The notes: a model not told the origin generated them from the sequence alone. 38,790 nt of DNA from Myxococcota bacterium (GCA_049322255.1 JBMORE010000010.1:1-38790); one strand, 5' to 3'. Counted from the first letter of the stretch, positions 9,370 through 20,381 are shown. Made by a program: numbers and translations.

Positions 9370-9663
9370 ATGGACATTCACCAGGTCATCAAGGGGCCGC
9401 TCATCACCGAGAAGCTCGATCGGGCGCGGGAGAAGCACCGGCAGTACTCGTTCCTGGTCGACCGTGGCGCCAGCAAGCACGACGTCGAGCGCGCGGTGGT
9501 AAGCCTCTTCAAAGTCACCGTCGAGGGCGTGCGCACCCACATCGTGCGCGGGAAGATCAAACGGGTCGGTAAGTCGATCGGCAAGCGGCCCAACTTCAAG
9601 AAGGCGATCGTCACCCTCAAAGAGGGGGACAAGATCGAGCTGTTCGAGGGAGGAGCGGTCTAA
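9370..9663 (+). CDS. rplW: 50S ribosomal protein L23
   Basis: C-terminal part of ORF 8914..9663 from ATG 9370: IKGPLITEK...FKKAIVTL. Confidence 0.97.
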   Translation: MDIHQVIKGPLITEKLDRAREKHRQYSFLVDRGASKHDVERAVVSLFKVTVEGVRTHIVRGKIKRVGKSIGKRPNFKKAIVTLKEGDKIELFEGGAV

Positions 9664-9666
9664 GCC

Positions 9667-10512
9667 ATGGGTATCAAGAAGTACAAGCCGACCTCCGCAG
9701 CCCGGCGCCTGATGACGGTTTCCGATTTCGCGGAGATCACCAAGGCCAAGCCGGAGAAGGCCCTCACCCAGGAGATGAGGCGCTCGGGCGGTCGTAACGT
9801 GCACGGGCACATCACCCGGCGCCACCAGGGCGGTGGCCACAAGCGCCGCTATCGGGTCATCGACTTCAAGCGCCGCGACAAAGACGGGGTGCCGGCGAAG
9901 GTGGCCGCGGTGGAGTACGACCCCAACCGCACGGCCAACCTCGCCTTGCTTCACTATGCCGACGGGGAGAAGCGCTACATCCTCGCCCCGGTGGGCATCA
10001 ACGTCGGCGATACCTTGGTCGCCGGGACCCAGGCCGACATTCGCCCGGGGAACTCGCTCCCGCTGCAGAACATCCCCGTGGGAACGGTCATTCACAACGT
10101 CGAGCTCAAGCCCGGCCGCGGGGCGCAGATGATTCGTTCGGCGGGGTCGTGGGGGCAGCTGATGGCGAAGGAGGGCGACTACGCCCAGGTTCGCCTTCCC
10201 TCGGGCGCGGTGCGCAAGGTGCAGATCGTCTGCCGCGCCACCGTGGGGCAGTTGGGCAACATCGACCACGAAATCATTCGCATCGGCAAGGCGGGCAAGA
10301 GCCGCTGGTTGGGGATTCGGCCCACGGTGCGTGGGTTGGCGATGAACCCGGTCGACCACCCGCACGGCGGCGGCGAAGGCAAGAGCGGTCAGGGCAACCC
10401 GCACCCCGTTTCGCCCTGGGGGCAGAAGACCAAGGGCCTCACCACGCGCAAGAACAAGCGCACCGACAAGTTCATCGTCTCCGGCCGCCGTTCTGGCGTC
10501 CGTAGCCAGTAG
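9667..10512 (+). CDS. rplB: 50S ribosomal protein L2
   Basis: [22 protein letters not shown]. Confidence 0.99.
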   Translation: MGIKKYKPTSAARRLMTVSDFAEITKAKPEKALTQEMRRSGGRNVHGHITRRHQGGGHKRRYRVIDFKRRDKDGVPAKVAAVEYDPNRTANLALLHYADGEKRYILAPVGINVGDTLVAGTQADIRPGNSLPLQNIPVGTVIHNVELKPGRGAQMIRSAGSWGQLMAKEGDYAQVRLPSGAVRKVQIVCRATVGQLGNIDHEIIRIGKAGKSRWLGIRPTVRGLAMNPVDHPHGGGEGKSGQGNPHPVSPWGQKTKGLTTRKNKRTDKFIVSGRRSGVRSQ

Positions 10513-10523
10513 GAAAAACGAGC

Positions 10524-10817
10524 ATGGCGCGTTCGATCAAGAAGGGTCCTTTCGTCGACAAGCACCTCCTCAAGAAGGTGGAGGACATGTCGAAGACCAA
10601 TCAGAAGAAGGTGGTGAAGACCTGGTCGCGCAGGTCCACCATCCTCCCCGAGTTCGTGGGGCACACCTTCGCGGTGCACAACGGGCGGAAGTTCATCCCC
10701 GTGTTCGTGACCGAGAACATGGTGGGTCACAAGCTCGGCGAGTTCAGCCCCACCCGTACCTTCGTTGGCCACTCGGCCGAGAAGAAGGTCGCGGCTAAGC
10801 CGGGGGCGCCGAGGTAG
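10524..10817 (+). CDS. rpsS: 30S ribosomal protein S19
   Basis: [23 protein letters not shown]. Confidence 0.99.
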   Translation: MARSIKKGPFVDKHLLKKVEDMSKTNQKKVVKTWSRRSTILPEFVGHTFAVHNGRKFIPVFVTENMVGHKLGEFSPTRTFVGHSAEKKVAAKPGAPR

Positions 10818-10827
10818 GAGACGAACG

Positions 10828-11166
10828 ATGGAAGCCAAGGCTCACTTGAGGTTCTTGCGCATGGCCCCGCGGAAGCTTTCCGACGTGGCGGCGCTCGTGC
10901 GCGGCAAGCAGGTCGGCGACGCGCTCAACATCTTGAAGTTCACCAAGCGGGCGGCGGCACGCCCGGTGACCAAGCTCATTCGCAGCGCGATCGCCAACGC
11001 CAGCGATACCTCGAAGGGGCAGGTGGACGTCGACCGGCTGTACGTGAAGACCATTTCGGTGGACCAGGGGCCCACTGCTCGCCGGTTCATGCCGCGGGCG
11101 ATGGGGCGGGCCACCCGCATCAACAAGAAGACCAGCCACGTGCATGTGGTGCTGGCGGACGTCTAA
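10828..11166 (+). CDS. rplV: 50S ribosomal protein L22
   Basis: ATG 10828 after [24 protein letters not shown]. Confidence 0.98.
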   Translation: MEAKAHLRFLRMAPRKLSDVAALVRGKQVGDALNILKFTKRAAARPVTKLIRSAIANASDTSKGQVDVDRLYVKTISVDQGPTARRFMPRAMGRATRINKKTSHVHVVLADV

Positions 11167-11176
11167 GGAGACCACC

Positions 11177-11833
11177 TTGGGTCAAAAAGTACATCCTGTT
11201 GGGTTCCGGCTCGGCATCATCAAGACGTGGGACTCGAAGTGGTACGAGGAGAAGAACTACGCACAGTGGCTGCATGAGGACATCCTCATTCGCGAGTTCG
11301 TGAAGAAGACCCTCGGCCACGCCGGTGTCTCCAAGGTGGAGATCGAGCGGGCGGCCAACAAGGTGAAGGTGAACGTGCACACCGCGCGGCCGGGAATCGT
11401 CATCGGCAAGCGGGGCGCGGGCATCGAGACGATCAAGAAGGATCTGCAGCGCTTTACCAAGAACGAGGTCTTCTTGAACATCGTCGAGGTGCGTAAGGCC
11501 GAGACCGACGCGCAGCTGGTGGCCGAGAACATTGCCACGCAGCTCGAGCGCCGCATTGCCTTTCGCCGGGCGATGAAGAAAGCAATTCAGACCGCGATGA
11601 AGTTCGGCGCCAAGGGAATTCGGGTGGCCTGCTCAGGTCGCTTGGGCGGAGCGGAGATGGCACGCTACGAGTGGTACCGCGAAGGCCGGGTGCCCTTGCA
11701 CACCCTGCGCGCGGACATCGACTACGGCTTTGCCGAGGCCAAGACGACGTACGGGAAGATCGGCTGCAAGGTTTGGATTTGCCGGGGCGAGGTGCTCCCG
11801 GGCAAGGGCGCTGCCGCGCCGACGTTGCGGTAG
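11177..11833 (+). CDS. rpsC: 30S ribosomal protein S3
   Basis: TTG 11177 after [32 protein letters not shown]. Confidence 0.99.
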   Translation: MGQKVHPVGFRLGIIKTWDSKWYEEKNYAQWLHEDILIREFVKKTLGHAGVSKVEIERAANKVKVNVHTARPGIVIGKRGAGIETIKKDLQRFTKNEVFLNIVEVRKAETDAQLVAENIATQLERRIAFRRAMKKAIQTAMKFGAKGIRVACSGRLGGAEMARYEWYREGRVPLHTLRADIDYGFAEAKTTYGKIGCKVWICRGEVLPGKGAAAPTLR

Positions 11834-11849
11834 CCGAAGAGGACGATCG

Positions 11850-12269
<420 letters not shown>

Positions 12270-12278
12270 GAGAAAGAC

Positions 12279-12479
12279 ATGGCGACCGCGAAGGAGCTCC
12301 GAGAGCTCAACATCGACGACTTGAAGCGCCGCGCCACCGAGCTGAAGGAGACGCTCTTTCAAGATCAGCTCAAGCTGCGCACCGGCGCGTTGGACAACCC
12401 CGTTCAGCGGGTGCAGCACCGGCGTGACCTGGCCCGGGTGCTCACCGTGCTGACGCAGAAGCAGGCGAAGAAGGACTAG
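12279..12479 (+). CDS. rpmC: 50S ribosomal protein L29
   Basis: KELREL...RRDLARVLTVL; conserved position. Confidence 0.97.
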   Translation: MATAKELRELNIDDLKRRATELKETLFQDQLKLRTGALDNPVQRVQHRRDLARVLTVLTQKQAKKD

Positions 12480-12491
12480 GCGAGGACGACC

Positions 12492-12800
12492 ATGGCGGAA
12501 GCGACCCAGACCCAACAGCAGCCATCGCGCGGGCGCCCCAAGACCCGCATCGGGGTGGTGACCTCGAACAAGATGCAGAAGACGGTGGTGGTCACCGTGC
12601 GCCGGCGCGCTGCCCACCCCAAGTACGGAAAGATCATGAACCGGCGCGAGAAGTACAAGGCGCACGCCGAAGGGCACGACTACCCGAAGACGATCACCGT
12701 GAACGAGGGCGACAAGGTGCGCATCGCCGAGACCCGGCCTACCTCGAAAGACAAGCGGTGGCGGGTGGTGGAAGTGCTCGAGCGGGCGACCAAGGTCTAA
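12492..12800 (+). CDS. rpsQ: 30S ribosomal protein S17
   Basis: [31 protein letters not shown]. Confidence 0.98.
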   Translation: MAEATQTQQQPSRGRPKTRIGVVTSNKMQKTVVVTVRRRAAHPKYGKIMNRREKYKAHAEGHDYPKTITVNEGDKVRIAETRPTSKDKRWRVVEVLERATKV

Positions 12801-12825
12801 AAGAGAAGGAAGGCGGAGAAGTGCC

Positions 12826-13194
12826 ATGATTCAAATGACCAGCTGCCTCGACGTCGCCGATAACTCGGGGGCCAAGCGCGTCGAGTGCATCAAGGTGCTC
12901 GGGGGCAGCAAGCGAAAGTATGCCTCGATTGGCGACGTCATCGTGGTCGCCATCAAAGAGTCTCTGCCCAATTCCAAGGTGAAGAAGGGCGATGTGGCCA
13001 AGGCGGTGATCGTCCGCACCAAGCGCGAGGTCGGCCGGCCGGACGGCAGCTACATCAAGTTCGACGGCAACTCGGCGGTGCTGATCAACAAGGACTTGGA
13101 GCCCATCGGCACCCGCATCTTCGGGCCGGTGGCCCGCGAGCTCCGTGCCCGGAAATTCATGAAGATCATCTCGCTCGCCCCGGAAGTGCTGTAG
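12826..13194 (+). CDS. rplN: 50S ribosomal protein L14
   Basis: [28 protein letters not shown]. Confidence 0.99.
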   Translation: MIQMTSCLDVADNSGAKRVECIKVLGGSKRKYASIGDVIVVAIKESLPNSKVKKGDVAKAVIVRTKREVGRPDGSYIKFDGNSAVLINKDLEPIGTRIFGPVARELRARKFMKIISLAPEVL

Positions 13195-13215
13195 GCGAAG
13201 CGTCGAGGTAAGGCC

Positions 13216-13542
13216 ATGCAGAAGCTGAAGGTTGGAGACACGGTGCAGGTGATGGCGGGCGCGGAGCGCACCCAGAAGACCAAGCGGGGAAAGATCCTCG
13301 CCATCGACCGTGGCACCCACCGGGTGAGCGTCGAGGGGCTCCGCTTGGTCACTCGCCACGTGAAGAAGGGGCGGGAGCGGGCCAACCCTGAGGGCGGGCG
13401 GTTGCAGAAGCCTGGCACCATCGCCCTGGCCTCGGTCTCGCTCGTCTGCCCCAAGTGCGACAAGCCGACCCGGGTGGGCATTCGCATCGAGAAGGAGAAG
13501 AAGTCGCGCTTCTGCAAGAAGTGCGAGGCCGCGATTGACTAG
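13216..13542 (+). CDS. rplX: 50S ribosomal protein L24 (CxxC...CxxC form)
   Basis: [12 protein letters not shown] motif, [11 protein letters not shown]...FCKKC. Confidence 0.96.
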   Translation: MQKLKVGDTVQVMAGAERTQKTKRGKILAIDRGTHRVSVEGLRLVTRHVKKGRERANPEGGRLQKPGTIALASVSLVCPKCDKPTRVGIRIEKEKKSRFCKKCEAAID

Positions 13543-13637
13543 CAACGCTCCTTCGGGCATTTATCCGCGCCTTTTTGGGGTATTGCGCTGATCGGCAGGG
13601 AGGAGTCCTCGACGCCCCGCCGAAGCAGAGGAAGAAG

Positions 13638-14309
13638 ATGGCTGACGAAAAGAAGACCGACGCGCCCGCCGAGGCCAAGGCGAAGAAGGCCGAGAAGAAG
13701 GGCCGCAAGAAGGAAGACGCCAAGAAGGCCGGCTTTGCTCCCAACATCGAGGAGGGGCTGGAGGCCAAGCCCGCTCGGCTGAAGCTTCGGTACCGCAAGG
13801 AGATCGTCCCTGCGTTGATGAAGGAGCTCGGCTTCAAGAACCCCAACCAGGTGCCCAAGCTCGAGAAGATCGTGCTCAACATGGGGTTGGGGGAGGCCCT
13901 GACGAACAACAAGATCCTCGAATCTGCGGTCGACCAGCTGGCGGCGCTCGCCGGTCAGAAGCCAGTGGTCACCCGCTCGCGCAAATCGATCGCCAACTTC
14001 AAGCTCCGCCAGGGGCAGGCGATTGGCGCCATGGTCACCTTGCGCAACGAGCGCATGTACGAGTTTTTGGACCGGTTGATCAACGTGGCGCTCCCGCGCG
14101 TGCGTGACTTCAAGGGCGTGTCCAACAAGGCCTTTGACGGGAAGGGCAACTACACCCTGGGGGTGCGGGAGCAGATCATCTTCCCCGAGATCAACTACGA
14201 CCAAATCGAGAAGGTGAAGGGCTTGAACATCAGTCTTGTCACCACGGCCAAGAACGACGAGCAGGGGCTGGCGTTGCTCCGCCAGTTCGGAATGCCCTTC
14301 AGGAGTTAA
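13638..14309 (+). CDS. rplE: 50S ribosomal protein L5 with N-terminal extension
   Basis: ATG 13638 after [36 protein letters not shown]. Confidence 0.98.
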   Translation: MADEKKTDAPAEAKAKKAEKKGRKKEDAKKAGFAPNIEEGLEAKPARLKLRYRKEIVPALMKELGFKNPNQVPKLEKIVLNMGLGEALTNNKILESAVDQLAALAGQKPVVTRSRKSIANFKLRQGQAIGAMVTLRNERMYEFLDRLINVALPRVRDFKGVSNKAFDGKGNYTLGVREQIIFPEINYDQIEKVKGLNISLVTTAKNDEQGLALLRQFGMPFRS

Positions 14310-14321
14310 GGAGATTCAAAG

Positions 14322-14507
14322 GTGGCGAAGCTTTCGAAGATCGCGCAGGCCAAGCGCAAGCCCAAGTTCAAGGTGCGCAAGTACAACCGCTGCCCGCTCT
14401 GTGGTCGGCCGCGGGCGTTTTTGCGCAAGTTCCAGATGTGCCGTATTTGCCTGCGCAAGCGGGCGCTGGCCGGGGAAGTGACCGGCCTCATCAAGTCGTC
14501 CTGGTAG
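14322..14507 (+). CDS. rpsN: 30S ribosomal protein S14, type Z (zinc-binding)
   Basis: 61 aa; RCPLCGRPR...CRIC, KSSW. Confidence 0.99.
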   Translation: MAKLSKIAQAKRKPKFKVRKYNRCPLCGRPRAFLRKFQMCRICLRKRALAGEVTGLIKSSW

Positions 14508-14595
14508 TCAAGGACTGGCCGCGAACCCCCGGGGTGGTCCCGGCAGGCGCGGCAGGTCAAAGCTGGGGGAAGGCCCCCAAGAAGGTCGTCTTCAC

Positions 14596-14994
14596 ATGCC
14601 GGTCAACGATCCTGTGGGTGACATGCTGACCCGCATCCGCAACGCCTCGCGCGCGCGGCATGACAAGGTCGTCATTCCCGCGTCCAAGCTGAAGCTCCAG
14701 GTGGCCAAGGTGCTCAAGGACGAGGGCTACATCGCCGATTACGTTCACCACGAGCGCAAGCCGCAGGGAGAGATTTCAGTCGTCCTCAAGTACGGCCCCG
14801 ACCGCGCCCCGGCCATCACCGGCATCAAGCGGGTGTCCAAGCCCGGTCTTCGCCGCTACGTCTCGGTACGTGAGGTCCCCCGGGTGCTCGGAGGCATGGG
14901 GGTTGCGATTCTCTCCACCTCGAAGGGCGTGATGGTCGACCACGAGGCACGCAAGCAGAGCGTGGGCGGAGAGCTCATCTGCACGGTGTACTAA
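14596..14994 (+). CDS. rpsH: 30S ribosomal protein S8
   Basis: [27 protein letters not shown]. Confidence 0.99.
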   Translation: MPVNDPVGDMLTRIRNASRARHDKVVIPASKLKLQVAKVLKDEGYIADYVHHERKPQGEISVVLKYGPDRAPAITGIKRVSKPGLRRYVSVREVPRVLGGMGVAILSTSKGVMVDHEARKQSVGGELICTVY

Positions 14995-15007
14995 AGAGGC
15001 GAATGTC

Positions 15008-15577
15008 ATGAGTCGCATCGGAAAATTGCCCATCAAGCTGGCCGACAAGGTGAAGGCCACGGTTGAGGGCCAAACCGTCAAGTTCGAGGGCCCCAAGGGC
15101 AAGCTGGCAGTCAAGCTTCCCCACCCAGAAATCAAGGCGGCGGTCAAAGACGGCGTGTTGAGCGTGAGCCGGCCCACCGACTCACGGCGCGCTCGCAGCC
15201 TGCAGGGACTGACGCGGGCAATCCTCGCCAACGCCGCCAAGGGCGTGGCCAGCGGCTGGGAACGCTCGCTGGCGATTCGGGGCGTGGGCTTTCGCTGCGA
15301 GGTGAAGGGCAAGCAGATTCACCTCGCGCTCGGTTTTTCGCACCCGGTGGTGTTCGACCTCCCCGAGGGTGTCACCGCCGAGGTGGGCAAGACGCCCCGC
15401 ACCGAGGACAGCCTCCCCACTCTGGACTTGACCCTTCGCTCGGCAGATCGCGAGCTGCTCGGCTCCACGGTGGTGAAGATTCGGGCGCTGCGGCCTCCCG
15501 AGCCTTACAAGGGCAAGGGCATCAAATACGCGGACGAGCGGGTGCGCCGCAAGGAAGGCAAGACCGGCACGGCCTAA
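15008..15577 (+). CDS. rplF: 50S ribosomal protein L6
   Basis: MSRIGKLPI, LGFSHPV, RPPEPYKGKGIKY. Confidence 0.99.
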   Translation: MSRIGKLPIKLADKVKATVEGQTVKFEGPKGKLAVKLPHPEIKAAVKDGVLSVSRPTDSRRARSLQGLTRAILANAAKGVASGWERSLAIRGVGFRCEVKGKQIHLALGFSHPVVFDLPEGVTAEVGKTPRTEDSLPTLDLTLRSADRELLGSTVVKIRALRPPEPYKGKGIKYADERVRRKEGKTGTA

Positions 15578-15607
15578 GCCGTTTTCGGCCATCACTGGAG
15601 AAGCACC

Positions 15608-15961
15608 ATGTCGAACGTGAACCCCAGGCTCAAGCGCAAGGCGCGCATCCGTCGCAAGCTTTCCGGCACGGCAGAGAGGCCGCGGCTGTCCGTCTACAAG
15701 TCGCTCAAGCACGTCTACGCGCAAGTGGTGGACGATTCGAGCGGCCGCACGCTGGCGTTTGCCTCGTCGCTCTCCAAGGAACTCAAGGGCAAGAACGAGG
15801 GCGACAAGAAGGAGGACGCCAAGCGGGTGGGGTCGCTCATCGCCCAGAAGGCGAAGACGGTCAAGGTGGAGACGGTGGTCTTCGACCGCAACGGCTTTCC
15901 CTACCAGGGGCGCATTGCTGCGGTGGCCGACGCCGCCCGCGAGGCAGGTCTCAAGTTCTAG
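15608..15961 (+). CDS. rplR: 50S ribosomal protein L18
   Basis: [25 protein letters not shown]. Confidence 0.99.
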   Translation: MSNVNPRLKRKARIRRKLSGTAERPRLSVYKSLKHVYAQVVDDSSGRTLAFASSLSKELKGKNEGDKKEDAKRVGSLIAQKAKTVKVETVVFDRNGFPYQGRIAAVADAAREAGLKF

Positions 15962-15979
15962 TCAGGAAGGAAACGAATC

Positions 15980-16498
15980 GTGGCGACTCCGATCAATCCA
16001 AACGACCTCGACCTCACCGACCGCGTGGTGAACATCAACCGCGTGGCCAAGGTGGTGAAGGGCGGGCGCCGGTTCAGCTTCTCCGCGCTGGTGGTGGTCG
16101 GCGACGGGCAGGGGCACGTGGGGCTGGGCCTGGGCAAGGCCAACGAAGTCCCCGAAGCCATTCGTAAGGGCGGCGAGAACGCGAAGAAGAACCTCTTCCG
16201 TGTGCCGCTGCTCGGCCACACCATTCCGCACGAGGTGCTCGGGCACTTCGGTGCCGGCTGGGTGCTGCTCAAGCCGGCGATGGAGGGGACGGGCGTCATC
16301 GCTGGCGGCCCGGTGCGCGCGGTGCTCGAGGCGGCCGGAATTCGCAACATCCTCACCAAGAGCCAGGGCTCGCGCAACCCCCACAACGTGCTCAAGGCCA
16401 CCGTCGACGGTCTTCGGCAGCTCCGCTCGGCGGAGCAGGTGTCGCGCCTGCGGGGCCGCGAGCTCGACTTGGAGCACAAAGCGGAGGCTCGCGCCTAA
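15980..16498 (+). CDS. rpsE: 30S ribosomal protein S5
   Basis: [22 protein letters not shown]. Confidence 0.99.
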   Translation: MATPINPNDLDLTDRVVNINRVAKVVKGGRRFSFSALVVVGDGQGHVGLGLGKANEVPEAIRKGGENAKKNLFRVPLLGHTIPHEVLGHFGAGWVLLKPAMEGTGVIAGGPVRAVLEAAGIRNILTKSQGSRNPHNVLKATVDGLRQLRSAEQVSRLRGRELDLEHKAEARA

Positions 16499-16513
16499 GC
16501 GGGAAGAGCGACG

Positions 16514-16783
16514 ATGGGAATCAAAATCAAATTGGTGAAGAGCTTCGCCGGCGCGTCCGACAGCCAGTTGCGCACCATCGAGGGCCTGGGCCTGTGGAAG
16601 TTCGGTCAGGAACGGCTGCTGAAGGACACCCCCGCCATTCGTGGCATGGTGTTCAAGGTGAAGCACCTGGTGTCCTCTGAGGTGGTGAAGGAGGAGCCGA
16701 AGACGCGGCAGCGGAAGAAGCCCCGCATCGCCCGTGTTCGTGAGGCCGCGCGCGCCAAGCGGCAGGCCGGGGCTGGCGCCTAA
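16514..16783 (+). CDS. rpmD: 50S ribosomal protein L30 with basic C-terminal extension
   Basis: IKIKLVKS...LGL...DTPAIRGMVFKVKHLV followed by about 30 extra aa. Confidence 0.96.
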   Translation: MGIKIKLVKSFAGASDSQLRTIEGLGLWKFGQERLLKDTPAIRGMVFKVKHLVSSEVVKEEPKTRQRKKPRIARVREAARAKRQAGAGA

Positions 16784-16804
16784 GAAACTTTGGAAGGAAA
16801 CGTC

Positions 16805-17329
16805 ATGAGCACGCTGCACACTCTCAAGGCTCCCCACAACAGTCGCCACCGCAAGAAGCGGGTGGGGCGCGGCCAGGGCTCGGGCCTGGGCAAGACCGCC
16901 GGTCGTGGCGGCAAGGGTCAGAAGGCCCGAACGGGCAACATGCACTTCGAGGGCTTCGAGGGTGGCCAGTCGCCCTTGCAGCGGCGGCTGCCGAAGTTCG
17001 GCTTCAATTCGCCCAACCGGGTGCGTTACGCAGTGGTGAATGTGGCGGATCTCGAGCGCTTCGGCGCCGGTGCGGTGGTGGATGCGGCGGCGCTGCGGTC
17101 GGCTGGGTTGGTGAAGGGCGTGTGGGACGGCATCAAGGTGCTGGGCGAGGGAGCCCTCACCAAGAAGCTCACCGTGAAGGCGAACAAGTTTTCCGCCAAG
17201 GCCAAGGAGTCCATCACCGCGAAGGGTGGCTCGGTGGAGGAGCTGCCGCTTTTGGCTCACAAGCCCGAGAGCGCGGCCAAGGCCCACTCTGGCAAGGGCG
17301 TGAAGCCGCCCAAGCCTGCGCAGGCCTGA
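16805..17329 (+). CDS. rplO: 50S ribosomal protein L15
   Basis: ATG 16805; RVGRGQGSGLGKTAGRG, FEGGQSPLQRRLPKFGF. Confidence 0.99.
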   Translation: MSTLHTLKAPHNSRHRKKRVGRGQGSGLGKTAGRGGKGQKARTGNMHFEGFEGGQSPLQRRLPKFGFNSPNRVRYAVVNVADLERFGAGAVVDAAALRSAGLVKGVWDGIKVLGEGALTKKLTVKANKFSAKAKESITAKGGSVEELPLLAHKPESAAKAHSGKGVKPPKPAQA

Positions 17330-17430
17330 AGTCTGGCCGGGCGCTCGTTGGCGCCTAGAGGGCGGAACGGAGCTCGTGTAGTGTGTCGCGCCCTTTTGTT
17401 GTTGGGGTCGACTTCGAAAAGGAAGCCAAA

Positions 17431-18780
17431 GTGGCCTTGAACGCCATCGCCAACGTCTTCCGCATCGCCGAGCTGCGAACGCGCCTGGTGTACACGCTGG
17501 TGCTCCTGGTCGTGTATCGGCTGGGCATCTTCATCAACACCCCCGGCGTCGACCGGGCGGCGATGAACGCGTTCATGGAGACCCAGAGGGAGCGGGGTGG
17601 GCTCATCAACCTGTTCAACCTCTTCTCCGGCGGCGCGTTGGAGCAGATGTCGATCTTCGGCCTGGGGATCATGCCGTACGTGTCGGCGTCGATCATCATG
17701 CAGCTGTTGGCGGCGGTGGTGCCCAGCCTCGAGCGGCTGCAGAAGGAAGGCGCCGCCGGCCGGCAGAAAATCAACCAGTACACCCGATACTTCACGATTC
17801 TGCTCTCCATCGTTCAGGGCTTCAGCATTTCGCGTTACCTGGCCTCGCTGGGGCGCGGCGTGGCAGGGGACGACCTGGGGTTTCAGCAGATCGTGGTGCC
17901 TGATGATTCGATCTGGTTCACCTTCATGACGGTGATCACCCTCACCTCGGGCACTGCGTTCATCATGTGGCTGGGAGAGCGGATCACCGAGAACGGCATC
18001 GGCAACGGTATTTCGCTCATCATCTTCGCCGGCATCATCGCCCGCTTGCCGCCCGCCGCGATGCAGCTGTGGGACCTGACGGCCCAGGAGGTGATCAGCG
18101 TCGGCACGGTGATGGGGCTGGTGGCGTTCATGCTCGTGGTGATCGGCGTGGTCGTGTACGTCGAGCGGGGCATGCGCCGAATCCAGGTGCAGTACGCCAA
18201 GCGCATGGCTGGGCGCCGTATGTTCGCCGGCCAGGCGACCTACTTTCCGATGAAGGTGAACACCTCGGGCGTCATTCCGCCGATCTTCGCGGGTGCGCTC
18301 TTGTCGTTCCCGGCTACGCTGGCCGGCTGGCTGCCCTTCTTGAACGACTTCCAACGGGTGCTGCAGGCAGATGCGTGGATCTACAACAGCGTTTTCGTGC
18401 TGCTGATCATCTTCTTCTCTTACTTCTATACCTCGCTCACTTTCCGGCCCGACGACGTGGCGGACAACATCAAGAAGCAGGGCGGTTACATCCCCGGCAT
18501 TCGTCCGGGGCGGCAGACAGCCGACTTCATCGAGCGTGTGCTCAACCGCGTCACCTTCGGCGGGGCGATCTACCTCTCGGTCATCTGTGTCATCCCTTCG
18601 CTCATCTCCGGGCTGATGGGGGTCCAGTTTCCCTTCGGCGGCACCGCCTTGCTCATCGTCGTCGGCGTGGCGCTGGACACGGTGCAGCAGATCGAGGGCC
18701 ACCTGATCAGCCGCAACTACGAAGGCTTCGCGGGTCCGCGTGGGCCGAAGATTCGCGGCCGGCTGCGGGTCGCGGCATAA
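17431..18780 (+). CDS. secY: Preprotein translocase SecY
   Basis: GTG 17431; LGIMPYVSASII, GIGNGISLIIF, IPGIRPG, GGTALLIVV. Confidence 0.99.
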   Translation: MALNAIANVFRIAELRTRLVYTLVLLVVYRLGIFINTPGVDRAAMNAFMETQRERGGLINLFNLFSGGALEQMSIFGLGIMPYVSASIIMQLLAAVVPSLERLQKEGAAGRQKINQYTRYFTILLSIVQGFSISRYLASLGRGVAGDDLGFQQIVVPDDSIWFTFMTVITLTSGTAFIMWLGERITENGIGNGISLIIFAGIIARLPPAAMQLWDLTAQEVISVGTVMGLVAFMLVVIGVVVYVERGMRRIQVQYAKRMAGRRMFAGQATYFPMKVNTSGVIPPIFAGALLSFPATLAGWLPFLNDFQRVLQADAWIYNSVFVLLIIFFSYFYTSLTFRPDDVADNIKKQGGYIPGIRPGRQTADFIERVLNRVTFGGAIYLSVICVIPSLISGLMGVQFPFGGTALLIVVGVALDTVQQIEGHLISRNYEGFAGPRGPKIRGRLRVAA

Positions 18781-18807
18781 AAACCCGTCGAGCTGGGGGT
18801 GTCGTCA

Positions 18808-19461
18808 ATGAATCTGATTCTCTTGGGGCCTCCCGGGGCGGGAAAGGGCACTCAGGCCAAGAAGTTATTGGTCGATTTCCAGGTGCCGCAGATTTCGACC
18901 GGCGACATTCTCCGTGAGGCGGTGCGCAACCAGACCGAGCTGGGCAAGAGGGCCAAGCCCCTGATGGAGGCGGGCCAGTTGGTGCCCGACGAGCTGGTGG
19001 TGGGCATCGTCGAGGAGCGCCTGAAGGCTCCCGATTGCGCCAAAGGCTTCGTGCTCGACGGTTTCCCCCGCACCATTCCCCAGGCCGAGGCGCTCGAGCA
19101 GGCGCTGTCCCGCGCCGGGAAGCGGATCGACAAGGTCATTTCACTCGAGGTGGCGGACGAGAAGATCGTCGAGCGCATGAGCGGCCGGCGCAGCTGCCCC
19201 AAGGACGGCCGGGTGTACCACGTGGTGCAGAACCCGCCGCGGGTAACCGGGGTGTGCGACGAGTGCGGCACTTCGCTCATCCAGCGCTCCGACGACGCGC
19301 CCGAGAAGGTGCAGACACGGCTTGCGGAGTACGCCCGCCTCACCCAGCCGCTCAAGGTGTTTTACGAGAAGCGCGGGCTGCTCGCGCGCGTCGACGGAAT
19401 CGGTTCGCCCGAGGGAATCTACGCCGACATCAAGAAGGCGCTGGGCCCCAAGGCGCGTTAG
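18808..19461 (+). CDS. adk: Adenylate kinase (long LID)
   Basis: ATG 18808; GPPGAGKGTQ, STGDILR, LDGFPRT. Confidence 0.98.
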   Translation: MNLILLGPPGAGKGTQAKKLLVDFQVPQISTGDILREAVRNQTELGKRAKPLMEAGQLVPDELVVGIVEERLKAPDCAKGFVLDGFPRTIPQAEALEQALSRAGKRIDKVISLEVADEKIVERMSGRRSCPKDGRVYHVVQNPPRVTGVCDECGTSLIQRSDDAPEKVQTRLAEYARLTQPLKVFYEKRGLLARVDGIGSPEGIYADIKKALGPKAR

Positions 19462-19471
19462 GAAGAGCGCC

Positions 19472-20230
19472 GTGAGCGACGAGGTGCAGATCAAGAACCG
19501 CGACGACATCGCCCGCATGCGTGACGCGGGCAGAATCGTCTGCGAGGTGCTCGATGCGCTGGAGAAGGCGGTGGTGCCGGGGGTGAGCACCCTCGAGCTC
19601 GATCGGCTGGCCGAAGACCTCATCTACAAGAAGGGCGCCAAGCCGGCGTTCAAGGGCTACCTGGGCTTCCCCTGCTGTCTGTGCGCGTCGATCAACGAAG
19701 AGGTCGTGCACGGCATCCCCTCGAAGAAGCGCAAGCTCGCCGAGGGCGACTTGATGAAGCTCGACTTCGGCGTGGTCTACAAGGGCTTCTTTGGCGATGC
19801 GGCACGCACGGTTCCGGTGGGGAAGACATCGGCCGAGGCATGCGCGCTGGTCGAGGCCACCCGCGCCTCGCTCGCCAAGGCCATCGAGCAGGTGAGAGTG
19901 GGTAACCGAGTCGGGGACATCGGTCATGCGGTGCAGACGTTCGTCGAGACCAAGGGCTATTCGGTGGTACGCGACTTCGTGGGACACGGCATCGGCCGCA
20001 AGCTCCACGAGCAGCCTCAGGTGCCGAACTTCGGCTTACCGGCGACGGGAATGAAGCTTCGCCCCGGCATGACGATAGCCATCGAGCCGATGGTCAACGC
20101 CGGCACCCACAAAGTCGAGGTGCTCGACGACGACTGGACCGCAGTGACGCTCGATCGAAAACTCTCCGCGCACTTCGAGCACACCGTGCTCGTCACTGAA
20201 GAAGGGCCGGAAGTTCTCACCCGGTTGTGA
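19472..20230 (+). CDS. map: Type I methionine aminopeptidase
   Basis: GTG 19472; SINEEVVHGIP, GHGIG, IEPM, SAHFEHT. Confidence 0.98.
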   Translation: MSDEVQIKNRDDIARMRDAGRIVCEVLDALEKAVVPGVSTLELDRLAEDLIYKKGAKPAFKGYLGFPCCLCASINEEVVHGIPSKKRKLAEGDLMKLDFGVVYKGFFGDAARTVPVGKTSAEACALVEATRASLAKAIEQVRVGNRVGDIGHAVQTFVETKGYSVVRDFVGHGIGRKLHEQPQVPNFGLPATGMKLRPGMTIAIEPMVNAGTHKVEVLDDDWTAVTLDRKLSAHFEHTVLVTEEGPEVLTRL

Positions 20231-20295
20231 GCTTGCGGAATAGCCGTGCGCTTTCAGTGGGTTACGCAGTGAGGGCTTGGCTGCGGCCCGAGCAC

Positions 20296-20324
20296 TTGCA
20301 CGGTGTGTGGGAAAGTGCTATCCG
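20296..20324 (+). promoter_or_regulatory. Putative promoter for infA-rpmJ-alpha operon
   Basis: TTGCAC (20296-301), 17 bp, TG-C-TATCCG (extended -10, hexamer 20319-24), GC discriminator. Confidence 0.5.
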
Positions 20325-20381
20325 GCCGCGCTCCCCGTACGTAAGGAAAGCAGCAAGGGCTGTAGAACACGAGGTTTTTGA

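Noticed and set aside
20253..20266. IHF-like site (TTTCAGTGGGTTA) upstream of infA
   Set aside because: Two mismatches to WATCAANNNNTTR; too weak to call.
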